A stretch of 30,146 nt of DNA, taken from Ostreococcus tauri (Eukaryota). Shown piece by piece: positions 8,564-15,998 of this stretch; position 1 is the first letter of the stretch; every line of letters starts with the position of its first letter. The position numbers were made by a program, and so were the translations under genes. The DNA is taken from NCBI GenBank assembly GCA_000214015.2, contig CAID01000007.2:250927-281072 (forward strand), written 5' to 3'. The notes under the pieces were generated by a model. The model did no database searches, was not told where the DNA came from, and worked only from the letters and a program-made list of their open reading frames with translations.

Positions 8564-10270
8564 TTAGGCGACCAACGCCTTCCTCGCAAGGTGTCTCTTG
8601 TACGCACGGATGTCGTCCCGCCAAACCTTTACGCTTTTGTCCTCACACACCCAAATCTCTCTTGCAACTTTGTCAATCAATCTGAAATCGTGACTCACCA
8701 GAACCAGCCCACCTTGGTACTTATTGATAGCGTCCGCTAAGGAATCGATGCAGTCGTGATCGAGGTGATTCGTCGGCTCGTCCAAAAGCAATAGATTTGG
8801 GTTCGCTAGGCACAGCATCGCGAACACCAGTCTAGACTTTTGGCCGTCGGAGAGTTGCGAGATGGGATGTGTCTGATACCGTCCAGTAACTCCAAACTTT
8901 CCAAGATACGAACGCCACTCGTCATTCGGCTTTTTCATGTCATAATATGTCCCTGCAAAGAACTCCAAAGGCGTCGATCGAGGATCGAGGACGTCCACGC
9001 TGTGCTGATGATATCGACCGATGGTCAGATGATGGTGTCGACCGACTTCGCCTAGGCTCGGCTCTACGTCTCCAGTCATAAGTTTTAAGATTGTGGACTT
9101 ACCGGCGCCGTTTGGCCCGACCAGAGCGACGCGAGAATCGCAATCTACGCCAAACTCAAGGTTTTGCAAAAGCATCCCGAGAGATGGATCCGCTGAGGGA
9201 TACTGGAACGAAACGTTCTTGAACGGAAGTACGGGAGGGGCGAGCTTAGAGCACTGCGGAAACGTAAACTCGAACGTCTTCTCCGCTCGTGGCGAAGGCG
9301 TCAACCCCGCGGCTTCCATCTTGTCCAAGATCTTTTGTTTCGATTTGGCCGTCTTCATCTTGTCCTCGTACGTCCCACATGATGCGATGAAGTCCTTCAA
9401 GTGCTTAATCTCAGCTTGTTCTTTATCGTATTGCCTTTGCTGGATGATCTCCTCTTCCGCCAAAGTTCGTCTAAACGTGTCGAAATCGCCCGTATAGTAC
9501 TTGAGCGTCTTGTTCGTGATGCGGATGATGTGAGAGCATACGCCATTGAGAAAGTCCTGCGAGTGCGATATCACGACCAAGCATTTCTTGTATTTAGATA
9601 GGTAATCTTCTAGCCACACACACGCCGACAAGTCGAGGTGATTGGTCGGTTCGTCCAAAAGTAATAATGCGGGTGATGCCAAGAGCGCGCGGGCGAGAGA
9701 AACGCGCATTCTCCAGCCACCTGAGAGCGCCTTGGTCTCGCGATTCATCAACGTTTTATCGAAACCAAGATTGTGCAATAATTCAGCCGATTTCGCCTCA
9801 AACTTTGCTGGATCGAGCTCCTCTAGGCGTTCGTAAATTCCTTGTAAACTCTCGTCGCCCGGACCTTTTGACGATAGGATATCACTCTCGACGGCTTGAA
9901 GTCGAGAGACCTCTTCCCTTATGTGATCGACCACCGCCTCCAGAGCGGTTCGCTCACTCGGTTCTGCCTCTTCACGCAAGTGATAAATATCCACGTGTTT
10001 AGGTACGGGCAGCTCGCGCCTTGCAATTGCTTCTAGGAGCATTGATTTACCGCAGCCGTTGGCGCCGAGTAAGCCGTAACGACGACCGACATTCAACTCC
10101 AAGACACAGTCCTTGATGAGCTCGACCCCGCTAACGGACATAGAGACTTGCTCAAAGCGCATATCTAGCGCCGTTCGACGACTCGCGAGGATTCCCGTTA
10201 TCGCTCTACCTACGTTCTTCAAATCTTGATTGGCTGAAATCTCCGAAGTCGCCTCTGTGGATTCGCTCAT
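8564..10270 (-). other. ABCF2/Arb1-like module (NBD3 plus NBD4) of the fused ABCF ORF, beginning at an internal in-frame ATG.
   Basis: From the ATG at 10270 the sequence reads [79 protein letters not shown]. Later blocks include [58 protein letters not shown] and [28 protein letters not shown]. It is collinear with human ABCF2 over essentially its whole length. Confidence 0.85.
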
Positions 10271-12436
10271 GTCTTCCTCCCTGAGCGCGCGACGACGTCG
10301 AGCGCCGCCCTTGCGACTAGCACCGACACCTCGCGCCTCATCTTCGCTCGAGGTAACTTTACCTTGATACACTCGCCATGTGTCTGTGCAGACGTCTCCA
10401 ACGAAGGAAGCGTTGTGACTGATGGTGAGAACACCTCCCTTAAATCGCTTTAGCGCCGATGTCAGTGCGGTGAGAGTCTCATTGTCCAGATAGTTCGTTG
10501 GCTCATCGAGTGCTATGATGTGCGGTTTGATCCACATCGCCGCTGCGAGGACGAGACGTGACTTTTGTCCTCCAGACATTCGCTTAATTTTCCCATCCGC
10601 CAGCTCTTGAGAAATGCCGAAGTCCATGAGGTGCGAATAAACTTCTGACGAGGTGAGAGGCCGAACGTCCATCCCGCTCTGCATTGCCTTCATCATTTCA
10701 TCGTAGTTTTTGCACATCTTTGTTACGTACGATGCCTTGAGAAAGCGTTTTGGCTCCCAGTGTGTAACACCCGGCCTATCGCCAACTTTACGGACCTCGT
10801 AACACAGCTCTCCCCCCTTGACGGCGCGTCCGAGAATTTCGCAAACGCTTCCTCGTGATTGCTGCTGAGACTTTTCCTCGTCAGTGAGCGCCATCGTGGA
10901 CATCTTCGCGACCTCTTTGTCTCGGCCCTGATAAAATCTTGTTTGGATATACTCCTTGGGCGACATGTTCATGTGCTCCTGAAGGTGGTGCATCGAGTGC
11001 TGGGCAATGTACGCGATGCGTAGGTTGTGGTGCTTCCAAATCGTCCCACTCGTGGGCTCGAGCTCACCGACGATGTTTTTCATCAGCGTCGTCTTACCGG
11101 CACCGTTCGCACCGACGACCGCGACGCGGCTACCGAGGTACAATCTCGCATAAACACCACTCAGTACGAGATTATTTGGTCCATATGCGAAGCCCAAGTC
11201 CTCAACCCTCGCTACGACCTGCGTCTTACTTTTTATGCCGTCCAGAGGCCCAGGCTCGGGAAAGACTATCGAAGCACCGAGCGATGTACCATTCGCGCGT
11301 GCTTGCGAACCAGTCATTCTCCTACTCAACCCGCCCGCCAGAGCCGTCGACGCGGCACCGGCTCGTATCGCCACAACGCTTCCAGCAGTGTTTTCCAATA
11401 TATTCGCCTCACTTGCTGCTCGACGTCTAGAGTCACTATCTTTCGAGCCGTCGTCTATCGCTTCGCCCATTTCAGTCGCACGATCCTTGATCGACTCCAC
11501 TAACTCCTTCTTCATTCTAGGGAGAACTAAATTAGGGCGAGCCGCGCGAAAGCCATCGAAGCCGCCTTCAAACGTGTGCAGTTCCTGTTTGTCAAACTGC
11601 ACGATGTGAGTGGATATCTTTCGCAAAAACTCGTAATCGTGCGAAACACACATGATTGTGGTTCCCTCGAGCGAGCAGAGATAATTTGCCAACCATTCCA
11701 CTGCGCCGACGTCCAAGTGATTCGTAGGTTCGTCCAACAACAGCAAATCAGCGCGGCGCAACATAGCGCTCGCGATACTCAAGCGCATGCGCCATCCCCC
11801 CGAAAGCTCCGCTACCGTTTTATCCATCATTAGATCGTCGAATCCGACGCTTCTCAGCGCGCTCTCGATCGCTTTGACCCCCAGGACGTTCTCGGCCTCG
11901 CTCGCGTCGTCTTCGACCCACTTTCGCACCTCAACGCGCGCCGACGTCAGCACCTCGTGCCGAACGAACACGCACCGAACGTCACGCGGGAACCCTTTCA
12001 CGTCTCCAGATGCCAAACGATTGAGCAGCGTCGTCTTACCCGCCCCGTTATGCCCCACCACGCCGTACCGCGCCCCGCGCTCGAGCCGCAGCGCCGTCCG
12101 CGTGAGGAGCGTCTTCGCCGCGTACGCTAAGATGATCCCATCCAGCGACATCAGCGCCGTCGACGTCGCGCTCGACGTCTCGTCCTCCCTCGACCTCGAC
12201 GACGCCTCGCCATCGTCCGCACCGAGCGCGCGTCCTGAGAACGCGTCGCACAGCGCGTCGACGTCCGCCGCCCCGCAGCCGCTCTCGAGCAAGAAATCAC
12301 CGATCGACGCCCTCACGTCCTCCCTCGCCGTCTCGCTCGGGTCTAGGTCCTCGAGCACGGCGCAGACGTACTCCACGACCTCATCGTCGACCCCGCGCGC
12401 GGTGAGGACGCCGCGAGCACCGTCGACGCCGGACAT
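8564..12436 (-). CDS. Four-NBD ABCF ATPase: an eEF3-like module fused in frame to an ABCF2/Arb1-like module (1290 aa from the first ATG).
   Basis: ORF 8564..12634 has no stop; its 12634 start is GTG, and the first ATG is at 12436 (MSGVDGARG). There are four Walker A motifs: GHNGAGKT (12032..12055), GANGAGKT (11090..11113), GANGCGKS (10043..10066) and GPNGAGKS (9095..9118). There are four signature motifs: [27 protein letters not shown] and LSDGQKSRL. There are four Walker B motifs: [36 protein letters not shown] and [12 protein letters not shown]. Confidence 0.85.
   Translation of the reverse strand: [1290 protein letters not shown]
10355..12436 (-). other. eEF3-like module (NBD1 plus NBD2 with a chromodomain-like insert) of the fused ABCF ORF.
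   Basis: It aligns by eye with yeast eEF3. [49 protein letters not shown] matches [64 protein letters not shown] matches FPEPGYLEGVKTKQK, and [17 protein letters not shown] matches TPSEYIQWRFQTGEDRE. The insert between Walker A and the signature of NBD2 lies at about 10685..10852 ([27 protein letters not shown]). Confidence 0.8.
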
Positions 12437-12484
12437 GCGAAGTGAAGTGAAGACCGCACCCGCATACGGCGACGCTCGAGCGCG

Positions 12485-14053
12485 ATGGCGACGACGGCGC
12501 GCGCGACGGGAGGCGCGAGCGCGCCGAGCGCGCGGCGAGCGCGCGGCGATCTCGAGCGAGGGGCGAGGTCGAGCGCGCGAGCGCGGGCGAGCGCGAGTTT
12601 CGATGATGACGTCGATGGCGACTCGAACCGTCACGACGGCGACGTGGGACAGTTCCTCGGAGCGATGATTCGAGGCGAGCGCGGACGCAAGCTTCCCCCG
12701 GGACGCGTCGGGTTATTCGGGTGCAGGGAGACGCTGGAATACGTGACGGATCCGAACGGTTTCGTGCGCCGGCGGGTCGAGCGGTACGGGCCGACGTTCA
12801 AGACGGCAATGTTCTTCAAGCCCGCTGTGGTCTTCGGGAGTAAAGACGCCGTGAGAGAGTTTTTGACGTTTGAGGCCGAGTTACCCGCGGATGAGGCGCT
12901 TCCGGAAACGTTTCGCGAGCTTCACACCGAGTACGGAGCGCTGCGGATGTCGGGTAAGCGACACCAAGCGACGCGCGCAAATTTCAAACGCGTCTTAGGG
13001 AGATTCGCGCTCGAGACATACGCCGAAACGATCGGAGAACGCACGCGAGCATTCGTAGAAGATTTGTCGGGTCGGAGTCGGAGTAAGAGCGAAGAGAATG
13101 GCGAGAAGGTAGTCTCATTCAGACCAGGCGTCGAGTGCGTCGATTTTGCCCTCGATCTCCTGTTCGAACTCTTCTTAGGACACGTCCCGGATGAGCGATA
13201 CAAGAGAGCGATGGTCGCGTATAACGCGGGTCTGCTTTCCTTGGGCAAGTGGTCACCCGAGTTCAAATCTGGTCGTACCGCGTTGGATGAGCTTGTCAGG
13301 TACTGCGAGAATCACTTCCGCAGCGTCGTCGCAGCGAACGAGCTCGACGATCCGAAGTACTTCTTCTACAAACAGTACTCGACGGCAAAGGACGAAAATG
13401 GAGAAACATTTAGCGACGAACGAATCGCGACAACGTGCGTGTTAATGGTCTGGGGAGCATACATTGAAGCCGCGGCGCTCATGGGACACGCGTTTACGTT
13501 ACTCGGCGAGCACGCCGATACTCGTCGCGCGGTCGCGCATGAATTCTCCGACGCGGTTTGCTCTCCCATGGATGGATGCCGTCGCATCGCCACTCTGGAT
13601 GATATCATGGCTCTGAAGTTCACCAACGCTGTTACAAAGGAAAGCCTTCGTGTGATGCCACAGACTGCGGGCGGACTCAGAGTGAATCCGTCGGACAGAA
13701 GCTTCGACGGGTACGACATTCCGGCCGGATACGTGCTGACCGCTGATCCGAGAATTCCGTTTCGCGATGAAGCCATCTTTCCGGATCCCGACGAGTTCAA
13801 ACCCGAGAGATTCATTGCCGGCACCGCAGAGGCGGGCGCAAACAACGTCGCAAATGACACCTTCTTTCCCGGAGGCATGGGGCAGCATCAATGCCCCGGA
13901 ATCAACCTCGCCACGGTAATGACGAGTGTGTTTCTCGCCGAGATGATGTCGACGTTCGGCGATCGAGGATGGCGAGAGAAGACGGAGAAGCGTTATGTGA
14001 CGGTCCCAATTGTCATTCTCGATCCAAGTTACGAGGTGGAACTCTTCGTGTGA
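12485..14053 (+). CDS. Cytochrome P450 with no obvious N-terminal membrane anchor (CYP120/CYP26-like appearance).
   Basis: From ORF 12485..14053. The heme-binding loop is FFPGGMGQHQCPGINLA (FxxGxxxCxG). The ExxR motif is in KESLRVMP. The N-terminal PPGxxGxxxxG-type motif is KLPPGRVGLFGCRETLEYVTDPNGFVRRRVERYGPTFKT. The ATG at 12485 gives an Ala/Arg/Ser-rich presequence. The alternative ATG at 12665 (MIRGERGRKLPPG) removes it. Confidence 0.85.
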   Translation: MATTARATGGASAPSARRARGDLERGARSSARARASASFDDDVDGDSNRHDGDVGQFLGAMIRGERGRKLPPGRVGLFGCRETLEYVTDPNGFVRRRVERYGPTFKTAMFFKPAVVFGSKDAVREFLTFEAELPADEALPETFRELHTEYGALRMSGKRHQATRANFKRVLGRFALETYAETIGERTRAFVEDLSGRSRSKSEENGEKVVSFRPGVECVDFALDLLFELFLGHVPDERYKRAMVAYNAGLLSLGKWSPEFKSGRTALDELVRYCENHFRSVVAANELDDPKYFFYKQYSTAKDENGETFSDERIATTCVLMVWGAYIEAAALMGHAFTLLGEHADTRRAVAHEFSDAVCSPMDGCRRIATLDDIMALKFTNAVTKESLRVMPQTAGGLRVNPSDRSFDGYDIPAGYVLTADPRIPFRDEAIFPDPDEFKPERFIAGTAEAGANNVANDTFFPGGMGQHQCPGINLATVMTSVFLAEMMSTFGDRGWREKTEKRYVTVPIVILDPSYEVELFV

Positions 14054-14133
14054 GAGGCGCGACGAAACGAGTTTTCAGCGCCATACCCGGTACCTGGTGT
14101 TTGTACAACAACGATTCTTTCTTTACATGTCTG

Positions 14134-14901
14134 CTATGTGTATGCATCGAATTCGCCGTGACGATTGAACCTTACGCACTCAAACGTATCTGGGCACCCG
14201 ATTTCTCTCAACAAAAACTCCGTCGCCGACGCTTGCTCCACCTCCTCGAAATAATGACAGTCCCGCCCACCATCGACCGCGTACGGTGGCGTTTGCACTT
14301 CTAATATCGCGCACGGCGTCACCGCCCGAATTTCGTGCACGTTACAACGATGAGGCTCGAGCGTGAACGCGCCGCCTCGTCCGCTCTCGAAAACCGTCTC
14401 GTCAAACACCAGCCTCGCTTGATGCCGCCTCCCATTCCCAGCCGTCGCCTCCTTGGTCGACAACTCCGAGTGGACATTGTCGTGTACAAAATCAAACGCC
14501 CGCACGTGCGCCCGCCCGAATAACACGCGCATGTGCACGCACATATCCGGATGATTGTGCAGCGGTATCGACTGCCCGCAGTCGAGCATAAACGCGCACA
14601 CCGCGTAATCATCCGCCGAGCGCAACCGCAAGTGCGACACCGCTCGAAGAATCGCGCGCTGACCGTTCGATGGACGTCCACCATCCGCGCTCACGATCGA
14701 TTCCTCGCCGTCGCGCGTCGCGCATCGTCGCGCGAAGTTTTCGATCGACCGCGGGACGTCACCGAGCGTCACGTTGGACATCGCGTCGACGACCGCCTGC
14801 GACGCGCGCGCCTCCATCTGCGCGCGCCTCGACGCCGCCGCGCGTCCAGTGAGTGCGCGCGCGCACGTCGCGTACAGGTGCTCGAGCGCGGGCGCGGTCA
14901 T
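14134..14901 (-). CDS. Cysteamine (2-aminoethanethiol) dioxygenase / plant cysteine oxidase family (PCO_ADO cupin).
   Basis: This is the C-terminal 255 codons of ORF 14134..15378. The start is the ATG at 14901 (MTAPALEHLYATC); the upstream ORF part overlaps the divergent ZCCHC9-like gene. The family motif is DYAVCAFMLDCGQSIPLHNHPDMCVHMRVLFG, with a His-x-His metal site. The third-His region is CNVHEIRA, and CHYF lies near the C-terminus. Confidence 0.85.
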   Translation of the reverse strand: MTAPALEHLYATCARALTGRAAASRRAQMEARASQAVVDAMSNVTLGDVPRSIENFARRCATRDGEESIVSADGGRPSNGQRAILRAVSHLRLRSADDYAVCAFMLDCGQSIPLHNHPDMCVHMRVLFGRAHVRAFDFVHDNVHSELSTKEATAGNGRRHQARLVFDETVFESGRGGAFTLEPHRCNVHEIRAVTPCAILEVQTPPYAVDGGRDCHYFEEVEQASATEFLLREIGCPDTFECVRFNRHGEFDAYT

Positions 14902-15030
14902 GCGCGCGGTGTGAAGGTGCGGGCCGACGGCGGTCGTCGTCTCGTCGTCATTCCTCGTCGGCGCTCCACGCCGAAACGCTCGAGCGTCGACGCGCGCGCG
15001 CGCGCGCGCGGCGCGGGGTGAACGAGACGC
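14902..15030. promoter_or_regulatory. A 129-bp divergent spacer (presumed bidirectional promoter) between the ADO/PCO and ZCCHC9-like genes.
   Basis: The head-to-head ATGs are at 14901 (minus strand) and 15031 (plus strand). The spacer is almost entirely G/C and contains (CG)10. Confidence 0.4.
14991..15010. repeat. (CG)10 alternating purine-pyrimidine microsatellite.
   Basis: The sequence cgcgcgcgcgcgcgcgcgcg was read directly at 14991..15010. Confidence 0.9.
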
Positions 15031-15747
15031 ATGTCGGATCGCGCGCGCGGCGGCGGGAGAGGCGGTCGAGGCGGCGGTCGAGGCGACGGGAGAGGTGGAT
15101 TCCGTGACGGTCGAGGCGGCGGCGGCCGAGGACGCGGTGGACACGGGCCGAGCACGAACGGTGGAATCTGGCGAAGTAAGGTGACGTGCTTCGGATGTCG
15201 AGGCGTTGGACACACGCTGAGAGACTGTCGAGTCGCGAAGGGCGGCGCCGCGGGATCGGTGCGGGGGGAGAAGACGTGTTACAACTGCGGCTCGCGCGAG
15301 CACACGGCGAGCGCGTGCGCGGAAAAGTGGACGAATTACGCGCACGCGAAGTGCTTCGTGTGCGGAGAGACGGGACATTTGAGTAGATCATGTGGGAAGA
15401 ATGCGAACGGGGTGTACATCAACGGTGGGTGTTGCAAGATTTGTCGGGCGAAGGATCACTTGGTGAAGGATTGTCCGCACAAGGGTGACTCGTGCATTCG
15501 GTGCGGAGAGCGCGGACACTTCGCGGCGCAGTGCACCAAGGTTCCAAACAAGGTTGGGAAGAAAAAGGAGGTTGTTGCGACGGGGCAGAAACGACGCTTC
15601 GGTGGAGATGATCTGGAAGATGATTTCCAGGATGACGTCGAAAAAGCGGGCGATGCGGACGAAGACGAGGGCGACGACGACGACGACGCAGAGCCCGCGA
15701 AAAAGCCGGAAAAGAAGAAGAAAAAGAATCGCGAGGTGGTCTTCTGA
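15031..15747 (+). CDS. ZCCHC9: ZCCHC9-like nucleolar RNA-binding protein: N-terminal RGG box, five CCHC zinc knuckles, and an acidic/Lys-rich tail.
   Basis: The ATG is at 15031. The RGG run is GGGRGGRGGGRGDGRGGFRDGRGGGGRGRGG. The five CX2CX4HX4C knuckles are CFGCRGVGHTLRDC, CYNCGSREHTASAC, CFVCGETGHLSRSC, CKICRAKDHLVKDC and CIRCGERGHFAAQC. The block AKCFVCGETGHLSRSCGKNANGVYINGGCCKICRAKDHLVKDCP matches human ZCCHC9. The C-terminus EVVF compares with VVNF in ZCCHC9. Confidence 0.9.
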   Translation: MSDRARGGGRGGRGGGRGDGRGGFRDGRGGGGRGRGGHGPSTNGGIWRSKVTCFGCRGVGHTLRDCRVAKGGAAGSVRGEKTCYNCGSREHTASACAEKWTNYAHAKCFVCGETGHLSRSCGKNANGVYINGGCCKICRAKDHLVKDCPHKGDSCIRCGERGHFAAQCTKVPNKVGKKKEVVATGQKRRFGGDDLEDDFQDDVEKAGDADEDEGDDDDDAEPAKKPEKKKKKNREVVF

Positions 15748-15998
15748 CGCGACCGTCTTCCGTTCACGTAGCTTGTTAGTTTTAAAAGTTTTGCTCTTTC
15801 TTCGACGCAGAAGCGCGTTGAATCGAATCATCAATAAAACATGTCGCAGCCAACTCAACTCTATCGCGGCGCGTTCGCGGCGGAAGAAGATGTTGTACAG
15901 GTGAGCGCGCTCGGTGGCGGCGCGACTTTGTTGCGTTGAATGACCTGTGTTTAACGATCGCTCGATATATTGATTGATCACGTAACCAACAGCATCTT

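Noticed and set aside
10317-10362. A 46-nt GTAAAG...CTAG segment as an intron that would separate the two ABCF halves.
   Set aside because: It is far shorter than the one credible intron here (191 nt) and lacks a polypyrimidine tract. It would leave zero intergenic distance for an independent downstream promoter. I kept it only as a testable alternative in the findings.
12437-12634. The track start at 12634 for the ABCF ORF, along with similar GTG/TTG starts at 5708, 7911, 19500, 19945, 21581 and 25459.
   Set aside because: These are non-ATG codons accepted by a bacterial-style ORF finder. The locus is eukaryotic, so I moved each start to the first plausible ATG.
11787-12668. A 293-aa plus-strand ORF overlapping the ABCF 5' region.
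   Set aside because: It is an antisense shadow frame of the ABCF gene. It is Ser/Ala/Arg-rich low complexity.
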